Positions 1 through 9,696 of a DNA stretch of 64,000 nt are shown here, in pieces. Made by a program: the position numbers and the translations under genes. Under the pieces are notes generated by a model, which was not told the origin of the DNA, made no database searches, and saw only the letters and a program-made list of their open reading frames with translations. This DNA is from an uncultured Micavibrio sp. (GTDB lineage Bacteria; Pseudomonadota; Alphaproteobacteria; Micavibrionales; Micavibrionaceae). Positions within the stretch are counted from its first letter, which is position 1; every line of letters begins with the position of its first letter. The DNA lies in contig OZ244161.1 of NCBI GenBank assembly GCA_965216405.1, positions 376,917 through 440,916 on the forward strand, in the 5' to 3' direction.

Positions 1-413
1 AAATGCAGGGTATCGCATTGTTGCTGCAACGGAATTTTCTGCCAGTTAAGCTGGGGATGCCCCATCTCGACCCGTATCCGGCCATCGGGCTCTTTCCAGC
101 AATTAAGCCCCCCATTTAAGGTTTCAATGATGCAGCTATCAGTGTTTTCCTCCGTCATGATAAGATCAGCCACACAGCGCGTGCCGTTACCGCAGGCCTC
201 GATCTCCGAGCCATCTGAATTTATCAGATGGACAAAAGTGGTTTCCTGGAAATGCTTGGAATATTTAAGCAATAAGACCTGATCACATCCTACGCCGGTC
301 TTCCTGTCCGCGATAAAGCGCACCTGCGCGGGTGTAAGCTTGATCCCTGTTTCCCGACCGTCAATTACGACGAAATCATTGCCCAGACCATGCATCTTCT
401 TGAAGTTAATCAT
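1..413 (-). CDS. dapF: diaminopimelate epimerase, N-terminal part (CDS continues beyond the left window edge)
   Basis: Own reverse-strand translation from ATG at 413-411 gives MINFKKMHGLGNDFVVIDGRETG...NSDGSEIEACGNGTRCVA. This is the canonical DapF N-terminus and first active-site Cys motif. It is absent from the ORF track because the window edge truncates it. Confidence 0.85.
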   Translation of the reverse strand, partial: MINFKKMHGLGNDFVVIDGRETGIKLTPAQVRFIADRKTGVGCDQVLLLKYSKHFQETTFVHLINSDGSEIEACGNGTRCVADLIMTEENTDSCIIETLNGGLNCWKEPDGRIRVEMGHPQLNWQKIPLQQQCDTLH

Positions 414-510
414 GGAACGAACTATGCTTCAATTCGTTGCTACTACACAAGGATATTTAACCCGCCGCCGCGTGACCGTACGCCTGCGCCAAACTAACAA
501 GGAGATACAA

Positions 511-966
511 ATGATTAACAAACACGCATCCGCCAAATGGAATGGCACCATTAAAGAAGGCAAAGGCAGCATTTCAATGGAAAGCGGCGCGCTGGAAGAG
601 CAGCCCTATGGGTTTAACACCCGCTTTGAAGACAAAAAAGGCACGAATCCTGAAGAACTTATCGCGGCTGCTCATGCCTCTTGTTTTACGATGGCCCTGT
701 CCATGATTTTGGAAAAAAACGGCATTGACCCGACACAGCATGAACTGGAAACCAAATGCATTATCAGCCTTGATAAAGAAGGTGAAGGCTTTGCGATCAA
801 GAAAAGCCACCTGATTTTTGAAACCGCTTTAAATGGGGCCGATCAGGACGCCTTTGAACAATCCTTGCAACAAGCCAAGGAAGGTTGCCCGATTTCCAAG
901 CTTTTGGACACTGAAATCACCCTCGAAGTAAAATTCAAAAACAGTGCCAGTTCCCAGGCGGCGTAA
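511..966 (+). CDS. osmC: OsmC family peroxiredoxin
   Basis: MINKHASAKWNGTIKEGKGSISMESGALEEQPYGFNTRFEDKKGTNPEELIAAAHASCFTMALS closely resembles E. coli OsmC. GGAG at 501-504 precedes the ATG at 511. The ORF-track start at 340 is an unsupported upstream extension. Confidence 0.9.
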   Translation: MINKHASAKWNGTIKEGKGSISMESGALEEQPYGFNTRFEDKKGTNPEELIAAAHASCFTMALSMILEKNGIDPTQHELETKCIISLDKEGEGFAIKKSHLIFETALNGADQDAFEQSLQQAKEGCPISKLLDTEITLEVKFKNSASSQAA

Positions 967-1199
967 GCCTTGACTTTGGAAGAGAAATAGCGCTATAACC
1001 CTCCTAATTCACTGACATTGTTAAATGTTAGTGCTTAACGGTACCCCTCAGTCGGCGAAATTACGCTCACTGGGGCTGTTTCCGTTATGAATTAGTTTTA
1101 CCGCCCGTAGCGGGTTTACCCGCCTGAGGGCAAAGAAAAATGGAGGCCGTAGCACACTTGCGTGCCTGAGGCGCAAGTGAACGAGAGTGAACGTAAAAG

Positions 1200-2822
1200 A
1201 TGTTTGAGTCATTGAGCGATAAATTAGGCGGTGTTTTCGACAAGTTGCGTGGTAAAGGCAGCTTAAGCGAGGATGACGTCAACGCCGCTGCCCGCGAGAT
1301 CCGCGTGGCGTTGCTCGAGGCGGACGTCGCTCTGCCTGTCGTCAAGCAATTCATTGAAATCGTTAAAGAGCGTGCGATTGGCGCCGAAGTCGTTAAATCC
1401 GTCCAACCAGGTCAACAAGTTGTCAAAATTGTTCATGACACCATGGTCGAAATGCTCGGCGGTGATGAGATTGAAGATCTGAATATCAATGCCGCGCCCC
1501 CTGCCGCTTTCCTGATGGTCGGCCTTCAAGGTTCCGGTAAAACGACATCGACCGCAAAAATATCCAAATTCCTGACCGACAAGCATAAGAAAAAAGTGCT
1601 GATGGCGTCCCTCGACGTGCACCGCCCTGCCGCGCAGGATCAATTGGCCGTTCTTGGGGAGCAAACAGGCGTTGCCACGCTTGAGATTATAAAAGGCCAA
1701 ACCCCGATCGAGATCACCAAACGCGCCATGGAAGAAGCCCGCCTTGGCGGCTTTGATATCCTGATGCTCGACACCGCCGGACGCTTGGCGATTGATAAGG
1801 AATTGATGGACGAAGTGGCTGCCGTTTCCAAACTGGCCAAACCATCCGAAACACTGCTAGTTGTCGATGCGATGACTGGACAGGATGCTGTCAACGTCGC
1901 CTCTGAATTTGACCAAAAAGTCGGCATTACCGGTATCATGATGACCCGTATTGATGGCGATGCGCGTGGCGGTGCCGCCATGTCGATGAAGGCCATTACC
2001 GGCAAGCCGGTCAAATTAATGGGAACAGGCGAACAGTGGGACAAGATTGAACCATTTTATCCTGACCGTATCGCGGGCCGCATCCTCGGCATGGGAGACG
2101 TTGTTTCCCTGGTCGAAAAAGCGACCGAGAATATTGAACAAGAAGACGCCGCCGAAATGGCCGCGAAATTCAAAAAAGGCCAGTTTGACTTTAACGACCT
2201 TTTGAAACAGATGCGCCAGATGTCCAAAATGGGCGGCGCAGGTGCCCTCATGAAAATGCTGCCGGGCCTTGGTAAAATGGCCGCACAGCTTGAAAATAAC
2301 GATCTTGCCGATAGCGTCATGAAAAAGCACGAAGCCATCATCCTGTCGATGACCAAGGCAGAGCGCGAAAAACCAACCTTAATGAATGCCTCACGCAAAA
2401 AACGTATTGCTGCCGGATCGGGCACATCCGTTCAGGACATCAACAAACTCTGCAAACAACAACAGCAAATGCAAACCGTCATGAAGAAAATGAAAAAGAT
2501 GGGTATGGGCGGCATGATGAAACAGATGAAAGGCCTGATGGGTGGTAAAGGGGATGAACTTGAAATGCTCGCCCAAGGTATGGAAGGCGGCGATATGGAT
2601 TTTGAAGCGCTCGCCAAAGACATGAATAGCGACGGCCCGCTTGGCCCGAACCCGTTTGATGATCAAGGCAATATGAGCGGCGGCGCACCGACAATGCCCG
2701 GCCTTTCAGGCTTAGGCGGCCCCGGTATGCACCCCTCAATGGGCGGAATGCCCGGCATGCCGACCCGTGGCGGCTCAAAGAAAAACCGCAAGCCCAAAAA
2801 CAAAAAGGGCAAACGAAAATAA
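1200..2822 (+). CDS. ffh: signal recognition particle protein Ffh (SRP54), with a long Met/Gly/Pro-rich and basic C-terminal tail
   Basis: N-terminus MFESLSDKLGGVFDKLRGKG, GTPase motifs GLQGSGKTT and DTAGR, and a Met-rich M domain. At 540 aa it is longer than typical Ffh and ends in KKNRKPKNKKGKRK. Confidence 0.95.
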   Translation: MFESLSDKLGGVFDKLRGKGSLSEDDVNAAAREIRVALLEADVALPVVKQFIEIVKERAIGAEVVKSVQPGQQVVKIVHDTMVEMLGGDEIEDLNINAAPPAAFLMVGLQGSGKTTSTAKISKFLTDKHKKKVLMASLDVHRPAAQDQLAVLGEQTGVATLEIIKGQTPIEITKRAMEEARLGGFDILMLDTAGRLAIDKELMDEVAAVSKLAKPSETLLVVDAMTGQDAVNVASEFDQKVGITGIMMTRIDGDARGGAAMSMKAITGKPVKLMGTGEQWDKIEPFYPDRIAGRILGMGDVVSLVEKATENIEQEDAAEMAAKFKKGQFDFNDLLKQMRQMSKMGGAGALMKMLPGLGKMAAQLENNDLADSVMKKHEAIILSMTKAEREKPTLMNASRKKRIAAGSGTSVQDINKLCKQQQQMQTVMKKMKKMGMGGMMKQMKGLMGGKGDELEMLAQGMEGGDMDFEALAKDMNSDGPLGPNPFDDQGNMSGGAPTMPGLSGLGGPGMHPSMGGMPGMPTRGGSKKNRKPKNKKGKRK

Positions 2823-2867
2823 TTTTTAACTTAATTGCAAAACTATTTAACTAAAAGGAGAACTAAA

Positions 2868-3404
2868 ATGGCACTAGCAATGAGACTATCAAGAGGCGGA
2901 CGTAAGTCCCGTCCATTCTACCGTATCGTGGTGGCAGACAAACGTATGGCCCGTGACGGCCGTTACATCGAACGTCTGGGAACTTACAACCCGCTACTTG
3001 GCAAAGATGATGAAAACCGCGTGAAGCTGAATGAAGACCGCATCAAACACTGGCTTGGTGAAGGCGCACAGCCATCTTACCGTGTTGCTGTTTTCTTAGG
3101 TAAAGCGGGTATCGCCCCGATGCCTGAGCAACGCAACAACCCGCAAAAAGCGGAGCAGTCTGAAAAGACAAAAATGCGTATTTCCGATAAGGAAGAAAAG
3201 AAAAAAGCTGCTGCAGAAGCCGCTAAAGCTGCTGAAGAAGAGGCCAAAGCTGCCGAAGCTGCTGCAAAAGAAGAAGCGGCCGCCGCTCCTGCGGACGAAG
3301 CTCCTGCGGAAGCACCAGCTGAAGAGGCTCCTGCCGAAGAAGCAAAAGCGGACGAAGCCCCTGCTGAAGAAGCAAAAGCTGAAGAAGAGAAAAAAGAAGG
3401 CTAA
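2868..3404 (+). CDS. rpsP: 30S ribosomal protein S16 with an Ala/Glu/Lys-rich C-terminal extension
   Basis: [42 protein letters not shown] is the S16 core. AAGGAG at 2855-2860 precedes the ATG at 2868. The track start at 2835 is probably too early. Confidence 0.93.
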   Translation: MALAMRLSRGGRKSRPFYRIVVADKRMARDGRYIERLGTYNPLLGKDDENRVKLNEDRIKHWLGEGAQPSYRVAVFLGKAGIAPMPEQRNNPQKAEQSEKTKMRISDKEEKKKAAAEAAKAAEEEAKAAEAAAKEEAAAAPADEAPAEAPAEEAPAEEAKADEAPAEEAKAEEEKKEG

Positions 3405-3407
3405 TAT

Positions 3408-3935
3408 TTGTCTTCTGACGTGCCAGTTTCCAACGAGCCCCCAACGCGTCTATGCGCCGCAAAAATTGCGACCGCACATGGCGTGAAAGGGCTCGTTAAA
3501 CTGCATGTCTTTTTAGAAAATATTGATCTGCTCAACGGCCCTGTCTTTACAAATGACACAGGCGAAACAACCCTCACCCTGACACTCAAAAACGCGACCG
3601 CCAAACATTGGCTTGCCGAAATTGACGGCATCACCGACCGCACCGAGGCTGAAAAATTACGCGGCACCAATCTTTATATTGATAAATCCGCCCTGCCCGA
3701 AACCGATGACGGGGAATTTTATATTGGTGATTTGATTGGGCTGCCCTGCCTCAATAGTGATGGAGAAAAAATTGGCGCCGTTATTGGCGTTGAAAATTTT
3801 GGCGCCAGCGATTTACTGGATATCAAACCATCGACAGGGGAAAGTTTTTATCTCCCTTTCACCGATGAAACCGTACTGGAAATTTTAGACGATAGAATTA
3901 TTGTTTCCATTCCCGAAGGTCTAAGAGATGAGTAA
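3408..3935 (+). CDS. rimM: ribosome maturation factor RimM
   Basis: Sits in the rpsP-rimM-trmD position. IATAHGVKGLVKLHVF and a C-terminal PRC-barrel-like FYIGDLIGL match RimM. Uses a TTG start 3 nt after the rpsP stop. Confidence 0.8.
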   Translation: MSSDVPVSNEPPTRLCAAKIATAHGVKGLVKLHVFLENIDLLNGPVFTNDTGETTLTLTLKNATAKHWLAEIDGITDRTEAEKLRGTNLYIDKSALPETDDGEFYIGDLIGLPCLNSDGEKIGAVIGVENFGASDLLDIKPSTGESFYLPFTDETVLEILDDRIIVSIPEGLRDE

Positions 3936-4173
3936 GGACAAACTTGTTCTGCTCGGCTCCTCATTCAATTCTTTTTATGCCCATGTCATTCGCGGTAAGC
4001 TGGAGGCGAATGATATCGAATGCCATTTGTTTGATATTGAAAGCTTTAATGCCATGTCCCATCTCAGCCTTGCAATCGGGGGCATCCGTATCATGGTCCT
4101 TGAAAGCGATCTTGAAAAAGCGCAGGCGCTTATTAAAGAAGCGATAGAAGAAGAAGAAAATAAAACCGACTGA
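3928..4173 (+). CDS. DUF2007-like small protein (putative signal-transducing fold)
   Basis: 81 aa. The pattern L..G...n...a.vi.gkLe.n.Ie..l.D...........igGiRimV.e.dlekAqaLi resembles the DUF2007 family as I recall it. Overlaps the rimM end by 8 nt. Confidence 0.55.
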   Translation: MSKDKLVLLGSSFNSFYAHVIRGKLEANDIECHLFDIESFNAMSHLSLAIGGIRIMVLESDLEKAQALIKEAIEEEENKTD

Positions 4174-4176
4174 CCC

Positions 4177-5103
4177 TTAAGAAGGCCTTGCCGCAGGATC
4201 AGCCACAGGAATCCTTTTGCCTGTCGGATAGCGCGTAAAGAACTTATCCAGCACCGGATTATCATTCGCCAGATCATCTTTGATGGCCTTTTGGATAACA
4301 CGTGTAGCTTTGGCACGTTCATGCAAATGGCTTTTGGGATCGGTAACAGGTTGCCCATAATCATAATAAATAAACCGGGTATCTTCTTTGTCGGGTACTT
4401 CGTACGTCAGCAAGCCTGGCGGAATTTTAATGGAAGTAAACACATCAGCGCCTGCCCCTTCCTGAAAAATAAGCACGGACATATCCTGTTCATACGCCCA
4501 CCGTGTCCGGTCGGCAGGTTCCACCTGAGCTCTTCTAATCTCCGCAGGCGTCAGTTGCTCGCTTCTGAAGTTCCTGACACAACGCGCAATTTCATTAATG
4601 ATGTTTTTGCGTTCGCTTTCCGGATAATGGCCGAACCAACCGGCAATTTTTTCAGGCAACATGTCATAAAGACGGGATTCCCGTTGCATGGCCTCATGTA
4701 ATTTCAGCCACACAATCGGATGATCAACGTCGGTTAATTCTGCCGCTTTCTTGACAATCGAAATCAGTTTCTTGGGGCTGATCGTGGCCTCGGCAAAAAC
4801 GGTTCTTAAATTATAGGTCGAATGCGTATGGATCACCTGATTTACAAACTCGTTACCTGTGGTGTGATTGATTTCACCGGACGGTTCGTAATAAGTTTCG
4901 GATTCAACAACACTTTCGGAATCAACGCCGTTTTTGAAAATTTTAGGCAATACATAATGCAATGTGCCGACCGTGGTACCGGCTATTAATCCGGCCGTAA
5001 TGTGGCCAGCATGAATGAGCAACCCATGCTCGATCACGTACCAGGCTTTATTGGCAAATGCCTCTATCAGTGATTGTTCGCCGCCATGTGGTTGACCTGC
5101 CAT
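4177..5103 (-). CDS. hypothetical protein (308 aa), no recognisable domain
   Basis: Long ORF with normal composition. It converges on the DUF2007 gene with a 3 nt gap and lies between rimM and trmD. Confidence 0.7.
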   Translation of the reverse strand: MAGQPHGGEQSLIEAFANKAWYVIEHGLLIHAGHITAGLIAGTTVGTLHYVLPKIFKNGVDSESVVESETYYEPSGEINHTTGNEFVNQVIHTHSTYNLRTVFAEATISPKKLISIVKKAAELTDVDHPIVWLKLHEAMQRESRLYDMLPEKIAGWFGHYPESERKNIINEIARCVRNFRSEQLTPAEIRRAQVEPADRTRWAYEQDMSVLIFQEGAGADVFTSIKIPPGLLTYEVPDKEDTRFIYYDYGQPVTDPKSHLHERAKATRVIQKAIKDDLANDNPVLDKFFTRYPTGKRIPVADPAARPS

Positions 5104-5199
5104 ATTCTACCCCTGTAAATTATTTGCCGTAATAATAATTATTTATGTCAATATGTCTAGAATTCTTTGATATTGCCCAAAATTTTGTTAAGAAACGCC

Positions 5200-5898
5200 A
5201 TGAACAAGCTGCATTTTAATCTTCTAACCCTCTTTCCCGATATGTTTCCGGGCATGTTAGGGGCTTCCTTGGCAGGTAAAGCACTGGAACGGAACGACTG
5301 GTCTTTTAACGCCATCAATATTCGTGACTTTGCCACAGACAATCATAAAACCGTGGACGATACCCCTTATGGCGGCGGAGCAGGCATGGTCATGCGCGCG
5401 GATGTTATTGAAGCCGCGCTTTTATCTGTAAAGCCCCCCGGCAAAAAGATTTACCTCTCTCCCCGCGGCAAGGTTTTTAATCAGGCCATGGCAAAACAGT
5501 TATCACAGGAAGTAAACCTGACCATCCTCTGTGGCCGCTATGAAGGGGTTGACCAGCGCGTCCTTGATGCCCATGAATTCGAAGAAATCTCTATCGGTGA
5601 TTATGTCTTAAGCGGCGGTGAACCCGCGGCAATGATCCTGATGGATGCTTGCATCCGCTTGCTCCCCGGTGTCATGGGCAACGATGATACCGCCGACAAT
5701 GAAAGCTTTGGAGCGAATACGGGCGGCCTGCTGGAATACCCGCATTACACCCGCCCTGCCGAATGGACAGACGCAAACGGCATCACACACCAAGTCCCCG
5801 ATGTGCTAAAAAATGGCAACCACGCCCATATCGAAGAATGGCGCCAAAAGGAAAGTCTTGAGATTACTAAACGCGTGCGACCGGAGCTTTTAAAATAA
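5200..5898 (+). CDS. trmD: tRNA (guanine37-N1)-methyltransferase TrmD
   Basis: [18 protein letters not shown]...[13 protein letters not shown]...GRYEGVDQR...[11 protein letters not shown] are TrmD hallmarks. I prefer the ATG at 5200 to the TTG at 5167. Confidence 0.93.
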   Translation: MNKLHFNLLTLFPDMFPGMLGASLAGKALERNDWSFNAINIRDFATDNHKTVDDTPYGGGAGMVMRADVIEAALLSVKPPGKKIYLSPRGKVFNQAMAKQLSQEVNLTILCGRYEGVDQRVLDAHEFEEISIGDYVLSGGEPAAMILMDACIRLLPGVMGNDDTADNESFGANTGGLLEYPHYTRPAEWTDANGITHQVPDVLKNGNHAHIEEWRQKESLEITKRVRPELLK

Positions 5899-5901
5899 AT
5901 A

Positions 5902-6354
5902 TTATTGCTCTAACCCCCTGCTAGGTTTTCTGCCCATATTTCTATGCATTTCCGCATCCGGCGCTTCCCCGTAGCCGTAACGGAAATCATTGCCTGCTCC
6001 CGCCTCAACTAAATCCAGCTTTGGATTCCTGCGGCAGGCATCCACGAACGAACGTTTGGCTTCGCTTGCCAGTTCCTGTGAACGCATGCTGACATAAACA
6101 ACGCCGCCTTTGCCTCTTGCGGTGGGTGCAACATTCCGCTCTAGATAAGTATCGGATTGCTGCGTCTGAGTAAAAAATGTCGCCATCATAAAAGATACGG
6201 CGTTTTTGTTTAAACATGCGGTCACGGCTGCGCTGTGCTTACCACCATTATCAGGATTTCCAAGACTTAAAGTCTCATCCCCTAGTTTTGCGAATGCCGG
6301 AGAACCGGCAGTAACCACGGTTGCTGCCGCAAGTAGTGTTTTTAAACCCCTCAT
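5902..6354 (-). CDS. hypothetical exported protein
   Basis: N-terminus MRGLKTLLAAATVVTAGSPAFA looks like a Sec signal peptide. AGGAG lies 8 nt upstream of the ATG at 6354. No recognisable domain. Confidence 0.65.
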   Translation of the reverse strand: MRGLKTLLAAATVVTAGSPAFAKLGDETLSLGNPDNGGKHSAAVTACLNKNAVSFMMATFFTQTQQSDTYLERNVAPTARGKGGVVYVSMRSQELASEAKRSFVDACRRNPKLDLVEAGAGNDFRYGYGEAPDAEMHRNMGRKPSRGLEQ

Positions 6355-6504
6355 ACTCATTACTCCTGTACACATTTAACTATGCAAAAAATAAAGACCT
6401 GAATTACGATAATGTCAAACGTAAAATGGGCGCACGAAGTGTTTTCTACAAAATTTTAACAAAAAACAGAAGTTACAAACTTGCAACAAGCAGCTTTCCA
6501 ACCT

Positions 6505-7248
6505 CTAGAGGCTCAACTCCACCACGCGCATTCTATATGATTTTAAGGTGGATAGGGCCTTATCAGGCAGGCTGGAATATTGCCGCATTGTTACCCAGGC
6601 TTTTTGCAGACGGGTGCATCTTTCATCCATCGTGAGGGTTAGACCTTCAATACGGTGCTCCATTTCCGGGAAACGCTGTATAGAACCGCAGGCATGCATC
6701 ACACCGTGACGGGGTTGGATCCGGTAAGTTCTTAAGGCCAGATCTGTCTCAGCTTCCGGCGGACCGTAAATATGCCCTTTCCGATCCATGAGCAATCCAT
6801 TCATAGAGGCATCATAGTCGTGATCTTCAAACCATCGGTGATCATGGTCTCGTAGGCATAAATCAATTTCTTCGGCTTGCCCCAAACCGCTACGAAACTG
6901 AAAACGCAGGCTGATACGGTCTTTGTTATGCCCGACACTTTTAAATTCCAGTCCCTTTTCCTGAAAAAGACCGCATAGAGTTTTTGGTTTAAAAAAACTG
7001 GCTTTAGGAAAGCCGCCAATTGCCGGCGTCTGAAACACACATTCATAGACATCCCCCCAAAAGCCTTCAGCTTCCGGCAGGAAGGCATTGACGTCTATAT
7101 CCTTGTGCCGAATCCCGAGAAGATGATCGCGAATGGCGCCGCCATGAAAGAGAAAATCATCGACCCCTAAAGAAAGCAGGACTGCCTCCGCATCACGAAA
7201 ATGCTGCGGCAACTGCTCCACTCTCTTTATGAGACGATAATCAGCCAT
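6505..7248 (-). CDS. divergent nucleotidyltransferase, poly(A) polymerase/CCA-adding-enzyme head-domain-like (247 aa)
   Basis: GGAIRDHLLGIRHKDIDV matches the class II NTase signature GGxVRDxLLGxxxxDxD. The later DYDASMNGLLMDRKGHIYGP resembles the RRDFTINAL...D element. The protein is much shorter than bona fide CCA enzymes. Confidence 0.6.
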   Translation of the reverse strand: MADYRLIKRVEQLPQHFRDAEAVLLSLGVDDFLFHGGAIRDHLLGIRHKDIDVNAFLPEAEGFWGDVYECVFQTPAIGGFPKASFFKPKTLCGLFQEKGLEFKSVGHNKDRISLRFQFRSGLGQAEEIDLCLRDHDHRWFEDHDYDASMNGLLMDRKGHIYGPPEAETDLALRTYRIQPRHGVMHACGSIQRFPEMEHRIEGLTLTMDERCTRLQKAWVTMRQYSSLPDKALSTLKSYRMRVVELSL

Positions 7249-7496
7249 TTCTATCCTCCTGCCAGAAGAGTAATTAAATCCTAATAACCTCGCCTTTATT
7301 TACCATAAGATTGGAATTGTCAAGATTATTTTGCTTGCATACCCCCTGTGTTTCTGTCATAAACTGCCCAGTTTTTATAGTTAAAACGAAATAGAGGCTG
7401 CTGGCTGCTACACAGCTAATTATCGAGCTTCGGAGCGTCCCCGCATTATGCGCATGACGACTTTAAACAAATGTATAAATAAACAAGGATAAGAAA

Positions 7497-8096
7497 ATGA
7501 ATACATTACAAAAATTTGAAGCACGCCAGACAGAAAAATACCTGTCAGAAAACAATATTCCGGATTTCGCGCCCGGCGATACCGTAAGAGTAAATGTAAA
7601 AATTCGTGAAGGCACACGTGAGCGTGTACAGGCTTACGAAGGTGTCTGTATTGCCCGTTCCGGTAAAAATGAGCCAAGTGCCAGCTTTACTGTCCGTAAG
7701 ATCAGCCTGGGTGAAGGCGTGGAGCGTGTGTTCCCTCTTTTCTCCCCCCGTATCGATTCTATCGAACTTGTGCGCCGTGGTTCTGTGCGCCGTGCGAAGC
7801 TTTACTACTTACGTGACCGCCGCGGTAAATCTGCCCGTATTGCCGAGCGTACAACAGGCTACGGCATGGACGTAAACGAAGCGGAAGAGAAAAGCAAAGT
7901 CTCTAAGACACAAAAAGCTGCTGACAAAAAAGCGGCGAAAAAAGCAGCCCGCGAAGAAAACAAAGCCGCTGAAGAAAAGCGTAAAGCTGAAAAAGCGGCT
8001 GCGAAGAAAGCAGAAGCCGATGCTAAAGCCGCCGAAGCTGCTGCTGCAGAAGCCGCCGCCAATGCCCCGGCTGAAGAAGGCAACTCAGAAGCCTAA
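7497..8096 (+). CDS. rplS: 50S ribosomal protein L19 with a Lys/Ala/Glu-rich C-terminal extension
   Basis: [35 protein letters not shown]...[19 protein letters not shown] is the L19 core. It is 199 aa with a roughly 75 aa low-complexity tail. Confidence 0.95.
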   Translation: MNTLQKFEARQTEKYLSENNIPDFAPGDTVRVNVKIREGTRERVQAYEGVCIARSGKNEPSASFTVRKISLGEGVERVFPLFSPRIDSIELVRRGSVRRAKLYYLRDRRGKSARIAERTTGYGMDVNEAEEKSKVSKTQKAADKKAAKKAAREENKAAEEKRKAEKAAAKKAEADAKAAEAAAAEAAANAPAEEGNSEA

Positions 8097-8151
8097 TTGG
8101 TTGACTTGCCCTCTGACACAGCGTCAGATGACAATAAATAAAGAATTCAAA

Positions 8152-8180
8152 AACCCGCAGCATTTCAGCGGGTTTTTTTA
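8152..8180 (+). terminator. Rho-independent terminator after rplS
   Basis: Stem AACCCGC (8152-8158) pairs with GCGGGTT (8168-8174) across a 9 nt loop, followed by a T-run at 8173-8179. Confidence 0.8.
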
Positions 8181-8297
8181 TTGTCCGGATATGCAGATTG
8201 TGACGTGAGAGCAAAGAAAGACAGCCGCCCGGGCCATTATTTGGATGAAACGAATGCGGAAAGAGGAGCATAAATTCCTGAAAACCGCTTCTAAGAT

Positions 8298-8340
8298 AAA
8301 AAAAGCGCGGCCTCCCCCACAACTAATTGGGCCGCGCTTT
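8298..8340 (-). terminator. Rho-independent terminator for the minus-strand gene ending at 8359
   Basis: GCGCGGCC (8305-8312) pairs with GGCCGCGC (8329-8336) across a 16 nt loop. The A-run at 8298-8304 gives a T-run on the minus strand. Confidence 0.6.
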
Positions 8341-8358
8341 AACTTTTATGTTTTTTAT

Positions 8359-8979
8359 TTAATTACCGCCAGGAACAAACTGACGTGCCGGCATTTCATA
8401 GACAGCCAATGGCCCTTGCGCGGATCTAACAGCAACGATAGCTGTTCCAAGTTCTGGAGTATCTACTTGAGCACCATCCGGATGTGTTTCATCACCTGCG
8501 TGAACATGGTGAATAGCATCAGAAAATACGCCAGACATTAAAACTGGCACACCATCACCTTGCTTGATTTCATCGCCTGCTTCATCCTGAAAACTAATAC
8601 GTCCGTATTGATCAAAACTTGCTTCAAGCATATCGAAAGGATTAGCGGCACCTCTTTCGGCTTGGGCCACATAAACTTCTTCCCATTTTTCTGCTGAATA
8701 ACCTGCCGCCGCTTGCGCTAATTCAGCGGCTGCAGAACGTGAATTTAAAAGATCGTAATAATCACCTGCCGTACCACCGCCATGTGATACGTAACAACCT
8801 TCTCCATCTGCAGTAAAATTTAACGGGATAATTGGATCTGCCGAAATAGTACCATCGTCATATTGAAAATGAGCCCGCCCTTCGATATTTAGACAACCAT
8901 CAATGCCGTCATCAAAAACTTGTGCAACCACTGCACTTCCTGCTGCTAACGCTAATGCTCCTGCTATATAACCCTTCAT
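8359..8979 (-). CDS. hypothetical exported protein
   Basis: MKGYIAGALALAAGSAVVAQV looks like a signal peptide. GAGGAG lies 8 nt upstream of the ATG at 8979. No recognisable domain. Confidence 0.65.
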   Translation of the reverse strand: MKGYIAGALALAAGSAVVAQVFDDGIDGCLNIEGRAHFQYDDGTISADPIIPLNFTADGEGCYVSHGGGTAGDYYDLLNSRSAAAELAQAAAGYSAEKWEEVYVAQAERGAANPFDMLEASFDQYGRISFQDEAGDEIKQGDGVPVLMSGVFSDAIHHVHAGDETHPDGAQVDTPELGTAIVAVRSAQGPLAVYEMPARQFVPGGN

Positions 8980-9049
8980 ATCACACACTCCTCTATTTGA
9001 AAGTTGGAGTAATATATAGTTTTATGGAAAATATGTCAAGGGTTACTTT

Positions 9050-9469
9050 TTATCCTTTTTTGGGCGGCGTTGGTTGTCCCCCCGGTGGCTGGCTTGCAAG
9101 GGCCAGACACCTTTCGCCAAACTCCTGTAAGCTCATACGGCCAATAACATGCATTTTCATCGGTAATGCCCCTTTCGTAGCCGGTAGCTCATATACATCA
9201 TCTTTCAAAGCCGCACTGTCACTACAGGCATCCACCATAATCTGATCGCCGCGGATTAAGATCGAATGTATCGCACCACTTTCCTTTGTCGCGCCTAAAA
9301 GAACGATTTCATCGGAGGGTTGAAGTGTTTCATTTTCCCTTATTTCATGACAGACATGCCCGTAACAAGATTGCGTATAGGCTAAAGGGTGGCGCGGATT
9401 GGCCACGCTTAACACCATTCGGCTAAACGTATCTTCCGGCAAGGCAATGTTAAAAAAGCTTTTTGTCAT
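9050..9469 (-). CDS. hypothetical protein (139 aa)
   Basis: ORF only; no recognisable motifs. It has a Pro/Gly-rich basic C-terminal end. Confidence 0.5.
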   Translation of the reverse strand: MTKSFFNIALPEDTFSRMVLSVANPRHPLAYTQSCYGHVCHEIRENETLQPSDEIVLLGATKESGAIHSILIRGDQIMVDACSDSAALKDDVYELPATKGALPMKMHVIGRMSLQEFGERCLALASQPPGGQPTPPKKG

Positions 9470-9635
9470 GTTTTTTCTGCTCTAGGCATTTTATTTTACA
9501 TACATTAAGGATGACTTAAAATTTAACAGGCATGGATGCTTATTTACGCGCAAACTTTCAAAAAAAACCAGCAGAAGAGTTTTATAACCTAAAATCAATT
9601 ACTTACGAATTTTTCTTCAACGAGATTCAATCTAT

Positions 9636-9665
9636 TTGCCAAGCCCCCTTTTCGCCTGTTATAAC
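9636..9665 (+). promoter_or_regulatory. candidate sigma70-type promoter for leuC
   Basis: TTGCCA (9636-9641), an 18 nt spacer, then TATAAC (9660-9665), 31 nt upstream of the leuC ATG. Pattern match only. Confidence 0.3.
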
Positions 9666-9696
9666 AGCAGCTTAATTATATATACACGAGAATACG

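Noticed and set aside
340-510. Upstream 57-codon extension of the osmC ORF given in the track
   Set aside because: The extension overlaps the dapF start on the other strand and has no similarity to OsmC. The internal ATG at 511 has a GGAG RBS and matches the E. coli OsmC N-terminus.
967-1199. Possible SRP RNA or other ncRNA between osmC and ffh
   Set aside because: I found only local hairpins, for example CACTTGCG/CGCAAGTG at 1155-1179, 21 nt before the ffh ATG. There is no recognisable 4.5S domain IV motif. Covariance-model searches would be needed, so nothing is reported as a feature.
9470-9696. Leucine leader peptide or attenuator upstream of leuC
   Set aside because: I could find no short ORF with consecutive Leu codons and no terminator/antiterminator pair in the 227 nt region.
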